Source: Ignavibacteria bacterium (GTDB taxonomy: Bacteria > Bacteroidota > Ignavibacteria > Kapaibacteriales > UBA2268). Taken from it: a stretch of 64,000 bases of DNA. A program made the translations under genes and the position numbers. The DNA lies in assembly GCA_026417135.1 (NCBI GenBank), contig JAOADV010000013.1, forward strand, positions 1,142 through 65,141, given 5' to 3'. The notes under the pieces are model-generated. The model searched no databases. It was not told where the DNA came from and saw nothing but the letters and a program-made list of their open reading frames with translations. Every line of letters begins with the position of its first letter. The stretch's first letter is position 1. This document shows positions 29,660-38,470 of this stretch, in pieces.

Positions 29660-31289
29660 TTCTGCAACCCAATTAAGTTATCTCGATTACAAACCAAAAA
29701 AAGGTATATGGGCTTGGCTTTTAACAACAGACCATAAAAGAATCGGTTTGCTATATCTAATCGGTATGATGATTTTCTTCTGGGTTGCCGTTGGAATAGG
29801 CTTTGTGATGAAACTTGAAATGTTAACTCCGGACCAAACAGTTGTCGATGCACAAACATACAACTCATTATTTACTTTACACGGCTTGATAATGATTTTT
29901 CTCTTCATCATACCGGGCTTGCCAGCGGTATTTGGCAATTTCTTTTTACCTATACAAATTGGGGCACACGATGTTGCCTTTCCACGCTTGAACCTACTTT
30001 CTTGGTATTTATATATAATTGGTGGTTTGTTTGCTTTAGTATCTTTACATTTACAAGGTGGTCCAATCGATACTGGTTGGACTTTTTACGTCCCGTACAG
30101 TATACGAACGACCACAAACGTTATACTTCCATTGCTCGGAGCTTTTATTCTTGGTTTTTCCTCGATTTTAACTGGGCTAAACTTCGTTACAACCGTTCAT
30201 CGATTGCGGGCACCCGGAATGACATTCTTTCGACTACCACTTTTTGTTTGGGCACTCTATGCTACTGCTTGGATACAAGTAGTTGCTACTCCTATTGTTG
30301 GAATTACAATTCTTCTTGTAGTAATTGAAAGAGTTCTGCACATTGGAATTTTCGACCCGGCACTTGGTGGCGACCCTTTGCTTTTCCAACATCTCTTTTG
30401 GATTTACTCGCACCCCGCTGTTTACATTATGATTTTACCAGCGATGGGGGTGGTCTCCGAAATTATTCCTACCTTTGCAAGAAGAACAATTTTTGGATAT
30501 AAAGTTATTGCCTTTTCCAGCCTTGCAATTGCTTTGATAGGTTATTTCGTTTGGGCTCATCATATGTTTACTTCGGGTATGAGCGAAACTGCTCGATTTG
30601 TTTTCTCTTTGCTTACCTTTTTAGTTGCTGTACCGAGCGGTGTGAAAGTTTTCAACTGGGTCGCTACTCTTTACAAAGGCTCGATTGAACTTCGGGCTCC
30701 TTTGATTTATATATTAATGTTTATTTTTCTATTTTCAATTGGGGGATTGACTGGACTTGTCCTTGGCTCGTTAGCAACTAATGTTCACGTAACAGACACT
30801 TACTTTGTCGTTGCTCACTTTCATTACGTAATGTTTGGAGGGACGGCAATCGTTTTCTTTGCCGCAATGCATTATTGGTTTCCTAAAATGTTTGGAAAGA
30901 TGTACAACGAAAAAATAGCAATTTGGGCAACCCCATTTATTTTTATTGGTTTTAATATGCTATATTTTACAATGTTCATTCTCGGATATCAAGGGATGCC
31001 ACGAAGATATTGGAGTTACTTGCCAGAATATCAAGAATTACATATAATCTCAACAATCGGTTCGTGGATTCTGATTTTTGGGCTCGTGATTATGTTTAGT
31101 AATCTAATTTTTGGGTTGATTAAAGGGCGACGAGCAGATTCTAACCCCTGGGGTGGGGTAACTTTAGAATGGCAAATTCCTTCGCCTCCCCCCCACGAAA
31201 ATTTTGAAAAAATTCCAGTAATCGACCACGGTCCATACGACTTTGAAAGATTTAAAAATGAGAATAAAAATGAAATCGACAGAAGTTGA
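29643..31289 (+). CDS. ctaD: cytochrome c oxidase subunit I
   Basis: The haem-copper oxidase subunit I His ligands and 12-TM core (WFFGHPEVY-like region, HHMF) are present; it is 548 aa. Confidence 0.9.
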   Translation: MSNETNSATQLSYLDYKPKKGIWAWLLTTDHKRIGLLYLIGMMIFFWVAVGIGFVMKLEMLTPDQTVVDAQTYNSLFTLHGLIMIFLFIIPGLPAVFGNFFLPIQIGAHDVAFPRLNLLSWYLYIIGGLFALVSLHLQGGPIDTGWTFYVPYSIRTTTNVILPLLGAFILGFSSILTGLNFVTTVHRLRAPGMTFFRLPLFVWALYATAWIQVVATPIVGITILLVVIERVLHIGIFDPALGGDPLLFQHLFWIYSHPAVYIMILPAMGVVSEIIPTFARRTIFGYKVIAFSSLAIALIGYFVWAHHMFTSGMSETARFVFSLLTFLVAVPSGVKVFNWVATLYKGSIELRAPLIYILMFIFLFSIGGLTGLVLGSLATNVHVTDTYFVVAHFHYVMFGGTAIVFFAAMHYWFPKMFGKMYNEKIAIWATPFIFIGFNMLYFTMFILGYQGMPRRYWSYLPEYQELHIISTIGSWILIFGLVIMFSNLIFGLIKGRRADSNPWGGVTLEWQIPSPPPHENFEKIPVIDHGPYDFERFKNENKNEIDRS

Positions 31290-31935
31290 AGTTGTCCAAG
31301 AAAAAATTGCTGAAAAACAGCAAGAGCCATCTCATTCAGAACATACGCACAAAGATTTTTTTGGTGCTAAAATTGGAATGTGGTTGTTCCTTTTCACCGA
31401 AATGTTGTTATTTGGTGGCTTATTCCTTGCCTATATGGTTTATCGTTTGCAATATTCTATCGATTTCGTAATAGCAGCCCAAGATTTAAATTTACTCCTC
31501 GGGACCATAAATACAATTATTCTGTTGACAAGCAGTTTAACTATGGCTTTATCCATAGCTGCGATACAACGCGGGCGTAAAGCACTTTCGATATTCTTTC
31601 TGTTATCTACTATTGGTTTTGCATTGGCATTTCTTGTAATAAAGTATTTTGAATGGACTGCCAAATTTCACCATGGAATCTACCCCAATTCCCCCGAATT
31701 ACTCAATAAACCCAATGGTGAAATTATCTTTTATGGTTTATATTATTCTATGACAGGACTTCACGCACTCCACGTTGTCGTTGGGGCAATTTTGCTTCTT
31801 TTTATGTTGCTTTTCTTGTGGCGGAACAAAATTCACAAGGAAGATTACATAAAACTTGAAAATTCTGGTCTTTATTGGCACCTTGTCGACCTAATTTGGA
31901 TTTTTTTGTTCCCACTTTTCTACTTGATTCATTAA
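31243..31935 (+). CDS. ctaE: cytochrome c oxidase subunit III
   Basis: MWLFLFTEMLLFGGLF and the 5-TM CoxIII pattern. The start may be one of three in-frame Mets overlapping the ctaD end. Confidence 0.85.
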   Translation: MKDLKMRIKMKSTEVEVVQEKIAEKQQEPSHSEHTHKDFFGAKIGMWLFLFTEMLLFGGLFLAYMVYRLQYSIDFVIAAQDLNLLLGTINTIILLTSSLTMALSIAAIQRGRKALSIFFLLSTIGFALAFLVIKYFEWTAKFHHGIYPNSPELLNKPNGEIIFYGLYYSMTGLHALHVVVGAILLLFMLLFLWRNKIHKEDYIKLENSGLYWHLVDLIWIFLFPLFYLIH

Positions 31936-31947
31936 GAAGGTTTTGGT

Positions 31948-32235
31948 ATGGAAAAAGAACATAAACATAATCTAATTCCTTACGGAACATATTTCCTTGT
32001 TTGGCTTAGCTTAATATCTCTGACTGTTTTAACCGTGTCGGTTGCCGGAGTGGATTTTGGTAGGATTGCATTATTTCTTGCATTGACAATTGCAGCAATA
32101 AAATCGACTCTCGTAATTAACTACTTTATGCACATTAAATTCGACCAACCTATCTTCAAGTTTTTCCTTGCGGTTGCTTTGGCAACTCTTGCAACTATTT
32201 TCATTTTAACTTCTACTGACGTTTTCTTCAGATAA
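31948..32235 (+). CDS. ctaF: cytochrome c oxidase subunit IV (prokaryotic caa3 type)
   Basis: 95 aa with 3 TM. IPYGTYFLVWLSLISLTVLTVSV...AIKSTLVINYFMHIK matches the bacterial COX4 family. Confidence 0.7.
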   Translation: MEKEHKHNLIPYGTYFLVWLSLISLTVLTVSVAGVDFGRIALFLALTIAAIKSTLVINYFMHIKFDQPIFKFFLAVALATLATIFILTSTDVFFR

Positions 32236-32248
32236 TTTTAGGAAGATT

Positions 32249-33226
32249 ATGGAGCAAGCATTAAGAAATTACGCACAGAATGTCGATAATGTAATGCTAT
32301 ATATAATTGGGATTTCTTTTCTACTGCTTCTTGTAATCACTATCGCTATGGTCTATTTCGTCATCCGATACAATCGAAAAAAGAACCCAGTTGCTTCGCA
32401 AATCGAAGGGAATAAAATTCTTGAAATTATTTGGATAGTGGTTCCCGTCGCACTCGTTTTAACAATGTTTTTCTATAGCGAATCAGTTTACAAAGTTGCA
32501 AGAAATGTGCCCAAAGGAGCTATGAATGTTAATGTCGAAGCTAAAATGTGGCAATGGAAGTTCACCTACGAAAACGGTAAAGTTACAGACACTCTCTTTC
32601 TCCCTGTCGGTAAACCAGTTAAATTTAATATTGTTTCTGCCGATGTAAATCATTCCTTCTATATTCCAGCTTTTCGTATCAAAGAAGATGCGATTCCCGG
32701 TCGCGAAAATTATATGGTTATCGAGCCAAAAGATGTTGGAGCTTTCGACATTGCTTGTGCAGAATATTGCGGACTTAACCACTCCTTGATGTACACAAAG
32801 GTTTTTGTCGTTCCCGAAAACGAGTTTTTCGCTTGGTATAATGGAGAAGTCGACAATACCTACCTTCAAAAGTTTGTTTTAGCACATTCTGGCGGCTACA
32901 AAGATTACATAACAGGAAACTACGCATTATTATTCGCAAAAGGTTGTGTTCAATGCCATAGCCTCGACGGAAGTAAAAACTACGGACCATCGTTCACCGA
33001 ACTTTCGCGGGGATATGCCAAGATTCGTTCGAATGGTAAACTTGAAACAATCCCAATTGACCGTGATTATATTGCGCGTTCGATTATTTCACCTGGTGAA
33101 CACGTCGTTGTCGGTTACGAAAAAGCAAAGATGCCTTTGCTAACGAATCGCATTCGAGACGAAGAACTAACTCAAATTGTCGATTTGCTCTTAACCAATT
33201 TTGTTAAAAAGAGTAATGAAAATTAA
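32249..33226 (+). CDS. ctaC: cytochrome c oxidase subunit II with fused C-terminal cytochrome c domain (caa3-type)
   Basis: CuA site H...CAEYCGLNHSLM, and C-terminal CVQCH with a Met ligand. Confidence 0.85.
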   Translation: MEQALRNYAQNVDNVMLYIIGISFLLLLVITIAMVYFVIRYNRKKNPVASQIEGNKILEIIWIVVPVALVLTMFFYSESVYKVARNVPKGAMNVNVEAKMWQWKFTYENGKVTDTLFLPVGKPVKFNIVSADVNHSFYIPAFRIKEDAIPGRENYMVIEPKDVGAFDIACAEYCGLNHSLMYTKVFVVPENEFFAWYNGEVDNTYLQKFVLAHSGGYKDYITGNYALLFAKGCVQCHSLDGSKNYGPSFTELSRGYAKIRSNGKLETIPIDRDYIARSIISPGEHVVVGYEKAKMPLLTNRIRDEELTQIVDLLLTNFVKKSNEN

Positions 33227-34085
33227 TATTAAAGATATTCTTACATTTACCAAATTTCGCATCAGTTTCTCTGTTTCGATTAGTTCATTGCTTGGCTATG
33301 TCTTAGCCACCCATACGATTGATTTTGATATAATATGGCTTTTACTTTCAATACTTTTTTTAGCGAGCGGTTCATCTGGTCTAAATCAAGTTCAAGAATG
33401 GCGATATGATGCGATAATGAATCGTACAATGGAAAGACCTATTCCGCGGAATAGGCTCTCGGTTTTTTCTGGCTCAATTCTTTCTTTCTCTCTTCTTTTA
33501 GGTGGATTTCTAATATTGCTTTTATCCACAAGTAATTTTTTACCAATTTTGCTGGCCACCGCAGCTGTTCTTATCTATAATGCTGGTTATACTCCATTGA
33601 AAAGAATATCCCCATTTTCTGCTTTGCCGGGTGCAATTATAGGGGCAATCCCACCAGCAATTGGCTGGACTTATGCTGGCGGCGATATCCTTCATCCTTT
33701 GAATTTAGCCCTGGCAACTTTCTTTTTCGTTTGGCAAATCCCCCATTTTTGGTTACTTCTTTTAGTTTACGAAGAAGATTATAAGCGAGCTAATTTCCCA
33801 GTGTTGACAGACATTTTTACTCCCTTACAACTTGCCCGTATATCTTTTATTTGGATTTTGCTTTTGGTCGGTCTTGGATTTTTAATAATTTTCTTGCTCA
33901 ATACTTTCAATGCAATTACCTTATCCATTACGGTTTTATTAAGTTTGCTACTTATTGCCCGAACTCACAAAATGATTAAGATATTACAACCATTAAGCTT
34001 TTACAAGTATGCATTTATTCAGTTGAACTTTTTCGTTCTATTTATGACTATCCTTCTGACCTTCAATAAAATTATAGGGCATTAA
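33201..34085 (+). CDS. ctaB: protohaem IX farnesyltransferase (haem O synthase)
   Basis: UbiA-family prenyltransferase with 9 TM and Asp-rich motifs, in the conserved position after cox genes. Confidence 0.85.
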   Translation: MLKRVMKINIKDILTFTKFRISFSVSISSLLGYVLATHTIDFDIIWLLLSILFLASGSSGLNQVQEWRYDAIMNRTMERPIPRNRLSVFSGSILSFSLLLGGFLILLLSTSNFLPILLATAAVLIYNAGYTPLKRISPFSALPGAIIGAIPPAIGWTYAGGDILHPLNLALATFFFVWQIPHFWLLLLVYEEDYKRANFPVLTDIFTPLQLARISFIWILLLVGLGFLIIFLLNTFNAITLSITVLLSLLLIARTHKMIKILQPLSFYKYAFIQLNFFVLFMTILLTFNKIIGH

Positions 34086-34098
34086 AGTCGGAGATAAA

Positions 34099-35394
34099 AT
34101 GGATTTTTTTAAACTAATTGCTTTACCCCATTCTACCGATACCTTGTTGTTGTTCGAAATTCTTTTCTTTTTTGGTTATTCCATTTTAGTTGTCTTTTTA
34201 TCTTATTTGTTCGGAAATCTAATTTTAAGCTTTTATTACTACTTTTTGAGTTACAAAAGCGGCGATAAGCGATATTTAGAAATTTCCTACAATTACTTAT
34301 CTTTTGTTTCTACTGGGTGGGTAAGTCTTCTTGGGCTTGGACTTTTCCCCCTCTTCGGTGTTCTGTTTGTTCTTATCCAATTTCTATTTAAACCATCGCC
34401 AGACTTGTCGGTAACTATTTTTTCAAGCTTTTTTCTGTTTATAGTTGCAATAATCTTATTGAAAATTAACTTTTCTCTCTTCCGAAAAGTTAAAGAGTAT
34501 GGCGAAAAGAAAATCAACTTTGGCTTGACTTTACTTTTTTCTACGACTTTGCTTTGCACTTTTGTAGTTGCATTTCTGACGATAGGTTTATTTTCAATCT
34601 CGCTCGAAGCCAAATTCAAAGTTTCTTACTTATCAATCGAAAAGTTTTTTTCTTTTGATGCACTTCTCCGATACCTAATTTTCGTTGTGTTTGCATTTTT
34701 GATTTCTTCAATTGGTTACATTTTCAAAACTTATTCAGCCGATAGGATTGCTGCCGAAGGTGTTGCAATTCAAACCGATGGGGTTTATCTTGGGAACATT
34801 ACTCGCACAATTGTTGCTTTAAATATTTTGCCCATACTATATCTTCTAATGTATGTAGCAGTTCCCGACAATTTAATCAATTATTGGTACTTCATCTTGC
34901 TAATTTTTTCTGTTCTTGTCCTGCTTATATCCTCAATTTTCGCATACTTTTCTTTAAGAGAAAAGAATGCAAGACTTGCTCGCCTTTCTTTTTATATTCT
35001 GATACTTTCTTTTGTGCTTTTCTTTGGTTCGGAAACAACATTGCTTGCAGTTTCGAACAAGGAACAAAAATTTAAGATTGCCAAAGAATATGTCGTCTTT
35101 CACGAAAACTTGCTTGCAAGCGCTGGAAGGGCTGTATCGCAAATTAATGGCGAAGAAATTTACAAAGCAAAGTGTTCGGCTTGCCACTTATTCGAAACCA
35201 AATTAGTCGGTCCACCGCACAAGGAAGTTTTAAAAAAGTATGAAAACAATCGGGAAGGATTGGTGAAATTTATTTTAAACCCTATAAAGATCGACCCCAA
35301 TTATCCGCCAATGCCAAACCAAGGACTAAAACCCAAGGAAGCAGAAGCAGTTGTCGATTATATGCTCAAACATTACGGACCTTTATTGAAGTAG
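34099..35394 (+). CDS. polytopic membrane protein fused to C-terminal class I cytochrome c domain (function unknown)
   Basis: About 9-10 TM segments lacking the conserved His of haem A synthase, followed by CSACH...PPMP cytochrome c. It is the last gene of the cox cluster. Confidence 0.55.
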   Translation: MDFFKLIALPHSTDTLLLFEILFFFGYSILVVFLSYLFGNLILSFYYYFLSYKSGDKRYLEISYNYLSFVSTGWVSLLGLGLFPLFGVLFVLIQFLFKPSPDLSVTIFSSFFLFIVAIILLKINFSLFRKVKEYGEKKINFGLTLLFSTTLLCTFVVAFLTIGLFSISLEAKFKVSYLSIEKFFSFDALLRYLIFVVFAFLISSIGYIFKTYSADRIAAEGVAIQTDGVYLGNITRTIVALNILPILYLLMYVAVPDNLINYWYFILLIFSVLVLLISSIFAYFSLREKNARLARLSFYILILSFVLFFGSETTLLAVSNKEQKFKIAKEYVVFHENLLASAGRAVSQINGEEIYKAKCSACHLFETKLVGPPHKEVLKKYENNREGLVKFILNPIKIDPNYPPMPNQGLKPKEAEAVVDYMLKHYGPLLK

Positions 35395-35412
35395 TTAAAC
35401 AAGAGAATAAAA

Positions 35413-35823
35413 TTATTTTTTTATCAATTTAATCTTGAATTTTCGCCAGTAGAAATAATAAAGATACGAAAACCCAACGATTAATATACTTAAAACAGCT
35501 TCCAAAATTAGTTTTGGAATAACAACGAAGATAGTTTTAAACAAGGAAAATTTAATTTTTCGCCCTAATTCATCGATAATCCCACCCTTTTTGCTTTTCG
35601 AAAGCAAAATATAAATTTGCATAAATGGTTGAAAGCGTTGGAATTCGATGTCGGCACAACCAAAATAGATAAACTCGTAATTTTTTCGAATAAGTTCCAA
35701 AACGAACTTTGGTTTTGCAAGTTTTTTTTCATCTACTTTGACAATCTCGAACTCATCGGTATTAAAGTTGTTTCTTTCAATAATAGTTGTTGCATTTCCA
35801 TTGATTAACAATAGCAATTTCAT
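35413..35823 (-). CDS. hypothetical small protein with C-terminal TM helix
   Basis: 136 aa. N-terminal beta-alpha-beta-like MKLLLLINGNATTIIE..., with a C-terminal hydrophobic helix. It lies downstream of the S24 ORF on the same strand. Confidence 0.35.
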   Translation of the reverse strand: MKLLLLINGNATTIIERNNFNTDEFEIVKVDEKKLAKPKFVLELIRKNYEFIYFGCADIEFQRFQPFMQIYILLSKSKKGGIIDELGRKIKFSLFKTIFVVIPKLILEAVLSILIVGFSYLYYFYWRKFKIKLIKK

Positions 35824-35892
35824 AATACTTTGGTTCCCAATATGATTTTGTTTAAAAACTTTTCATTAAAAAGCAAATGCAAAAAGAAATTT

Positions 35893-36459
35893 TTAATTTT
35901 CAATTTTTTTGAGCACATAAACAACCCGACCGAGAATTTCCAACTCAATTTCATTCGAAACAAATACAGAAGAATAATTCCTATTTTCTGAATGCAGAAG
36001 GTAGCCATCATCCAATTTTTCGACTCGCTTGATGAAGCAATCATCAAGTATCTTCACGATACAGATTGAATTGTTTTCGAAATCCGCTGACTTGGCAATA
36101 ACAATATCCCCGGGTTCAATACCAATTTCTTTCATTGAATCGCCAACAACCGTGAAGGAAATGTAATCTTTTCCGACGAAATACTCTCTTATCGCTTGCT
36201 TTTGTGGAGTAGATAAATCATAACTGGACAAGTCTATATCTTCTAATTTTATTTGATGAAGAATACAAGCATAGTCCAATGTCGAAAGTGTTTCAAGTTT
36301 TAAAAATGCTTGGTTAATTATTTTATCTGGAGCGAGCCCATATTCATTTAATTTTTCAATTTTCTTAGAAAAGTTCTTGGGTAAGGACCCAGTTCGATGT
36401 GCCCAAGCAATTGATTTTTCTACATCTTTAATCAAATTTCTTTTGTCTTCCTCATTCAT
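35893..36459 (-). CDS. S24 (LexA/CI/UmuD-like) serine peptidase domain protein
   Basis: FTVVGDSMKEIGIEPGDIVIAKS...ICIVKIL...FIKRV...LLHSEN...ILGRVVYV gives the Ser nucleophile in GDSM and the Lys in IKRV. It has no HTH of its own. Confidence 0.65.
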   Translation of the reverse strand: MNEEDKRNLIKDVEKSIAWAHRTGSLPKNFSKKIEKLNEYGLAPDKIINQAFLKLETLSTLDYACILHQIKLEDIDLSSYDLSTPQKQAIREYFVGKDYISFTVVGDSMKEIGIEPGDIVIAKSADFENNSICIVKILDDCFIKRVEKLDDGYLLHSENRNYSSVFVSNEIELEILGRVVYVLKKIEN

Positions 36460-36928
36460 TTTTGTTCTTATTTTGTATGATTTTCATTATGTTTCCAGCT
36501 GCTGCAGTATAAAGATGGGCAAGTTCCAACAATTCATCTAAACTTTTATGAATTGGACCGGCATCCTCTGTAGTTGGAGTTACTTTTGAACTTGCTAATT
36601 CTGAAAAATTGAATTTGCTTGTTTCCTCTTTTGTTTGTTTTAGATTTATTTTTTCGCTAAAACGCTTGGAAAGTTCAGTTCCAGCAGTGTTTGGGGCAAA
36701 AATACTACCTTCTCCGGTTAGGATAAAAATAGGATTTATACCTTTACGATATAAACTTATCAGCAAGGAAGGGGGAACTTGTGCTCTTCCAGTTTCGTAG
36801 TTCAAAATTTTATGTAAAGTTTCGTTCAAAATATGAGCAAATTGATTAGCCGAAAGTTTAGACCCTTCGTTGAAAATACTTCGGATAAATCTTAATCTTT
36901 CACCAATTTCACGATTTAAGTTTTCCAT
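36452..36928 (-). CDS. XRE-family helix-turn-helix protein (Cro/CI-type)
   Basis: IGERLRFIRSIF...LSANQFAHILNETLHKILNYETGRAQVPPSLLISL is an HTH_3 pattern. The stop overlaps the S24 ORF start in the ATGAATGA arrangement. Confidence 0.65.
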   Translation of the reverse strand: MENLNREIGERLRFIRSIFNEGSKLSANQFAHILNETLHKILNYETGRAQVPPSLLISLYRKGINPIFILTGEGSIFAPNTAGTELSKRFSEKINLKQTKEETSKFNFSELASSKVTPTTEDAGPIHKSLDELLELAHLYTAAAGNIMKIIQNKNKNE

Positions 36929-37033
36929 TTTTTATTTGCAATTTTTACTTAATTTTGTAGTAAGAAATACTAAAAAAATATGTATTTCTTACAATTACAA
37001 AATTAATAAATTTAACAAACAAAATGGTGGAGT

Positions 37034-37312
37034 ATGGAAGGGAAAAATGATGTTTTATCGAAATTGGAATTGGAAGATTTAACAGATGACCTAAAGCTTG
37101 TGGCAAGTGCTTGTGGTTTGGATACTGTCCGCCAACTCTTGCGAAACTGTCCGGGTATGTCTATTTATGTGCCAAAGTTATCCCGGCTTGAAAGGTTTAT
37201 AGTAAAATACATAAAGCAAAATCCAGAAAAGTCGTTTAAGATGTTGGCGAAAGAGTTAGGGGTTACTGAACAACATATTAAAAGGTTGTTTCGGGAAAGT
37301 CGATTTCGATGA
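37034..37312 (+). CDS. Mor-family (Mu middle-operon-regulator-like) transcriptional activator
   Basis: GLDTVRQLLRNCPGMSIYVPK...MLAKELGVTEQHIKRLFRE matches the GG..YIP box plus C-terminal HTH of Mor-like proteins. It is divergent from the HTH/S24 operon. Confidence 0.5.
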   Translation: MEGKNDVLSKLELEDLTDDLKLVASACGLDTVRQLLRNCPGMSIYVPKLSRLERFIVKYIKQNPEKSFKMLAKELGVTEQHIKRLFRESRFR

Positions 37313-37360
37313 TTTCCCCTTTTTCTTTAATTTCGATTTTTTTACCTTTAAATTAAAATT

Positions 37361-38470
37361 ATGAACTATTGTTTCTTGGTAACGTTGGATGGTTTTGGAG
37401 GGTTAGAACTGCAAACCATCCAAAGAGCCTTCGATACCCAAAAATTAGGGAATAATGCTTTGGCAATTGTCAAAAAAGGAACAAAAGCCGAGCTATTTGC
37501 TAAAGAATTAGGTTTAGAGTATAAATCTCTCACATCTAATTTCTACAAGTTCAATCCATTGGTTTTGCCTAAAATTTCAAAGCTTTTCACAAATTTCCAA
37601 GCCCAAATTTGTATTGTTCCAAAAACAAATCTTCTTTTACTTGCTTTACTTTCCAAAAAACTATCTAAACAAAAGCTAGCTGTGATTTTCTTTCAGCAAA
37701 TGCAATCTGGAATTATTAAAAAAGACTTATACCACAACTGGATTTATAAAAATCTGGATGGGGCAATTGTTCTAACCCAAAAGATGAAGGAAATGTTGCT
37801 CGAAACGACGATAATCGATAAAGAAAAAGTCTTCGTTGTTCCCTATGGAATTAAATGGACAGAATTTGTAAATTACAAGCAATCTAAAAAAGAGAACAGA
37901 CAGCATTTCAATTTGCCAGAAAATGCTTTTATAATTGGGTGTGTTGGACGAATCGACCCCAAAAAGGGGCAAGAAACATTGCTCGACTCCTTCATAAGAC
38001 TTTCTTCGACCGATACATTCTTAGTCTTTGCTGGTTCAATAGAAAGCTACTCTTATTATAAAAGTCTAATAAAAAAAGTAAAATCAAGTAATGTTGAAAA
38101 TCGTGTTAAATTTATCACATTCACGAAAGAAGTTCCAAAGTTGATGAATGCTTTCGATGTTTTTGTTTTGCCTTCGAGCTCCGAAACATTTGGTCTTGTA
38201 ATACTCGAGGCAATGGCAAGCGAGCTTCCCGTTATTGCCACAAATTCTGGCGGTGTCCCCGAAATTATTGAAAATGGGAAGGATGGCTTATTGTTTGAAC
38301 CAGATGATTCAGAAAATCTTCGTTTCTTACTTGAAAAAATCAAAGCTGATTCTTCCTTTGCGAATTTTTTAGGAAAAAATGCCTTGGAAAAAGTTAAAAA
38401 TAAATTTGATTACCAAAAAAACGTCAATATGTTTTTCGAAGTATGCGAGAAAATCTATAATCGATTATGA
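37361..38470 (+). CDS. family 4 glycosyltransferase (GT-B, GT1/GT4)
   Basis: PSSSETFGLVILEAMASELPVIATNSGGVPEII (E-x7-E region). Confidence 0.8.
   Translation: MNYCFLVTLDGFGGLELQTIQRAFDTQKLGNNALAIVKKGTKAELFAKELGLEYKSLTSNFYKFNPLVLPKISKLFTNFQAQICIVPKTNLLLLALLSKKLSKQKLAVIFFQQMQSGIIKKDLYHNWIYKNLDGAIVLTQKMKEMLLETTIIDKEKVFVVPYGIKWTEFVNYKQSKKENRQHFNLPENAFIIGCVGRIDPKKGQETLLDSFIRLSSTDTFLVFAGSIESYSYYKSLIKKVKSSNVENRVKFITFTKEVPKLMNAFDVFVLPSSSETFGLVILEAMASELPVIATNSGGVPEIIENGKDGLLFEPDDSENLRFLLEKIKADSSFANFLGKNALEKVKNKFDYQKNVNMFFEVCEKIYNRL

Noticed and set aside
35413-37312. Considered the HTH/S24/Mor island as a prophage or integrative element
   Set aside because: No integrase, transposase, tRNA, direct repeats or phage structural genes were found within 10 kb. 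It is retained only as an isolated regulatory module.
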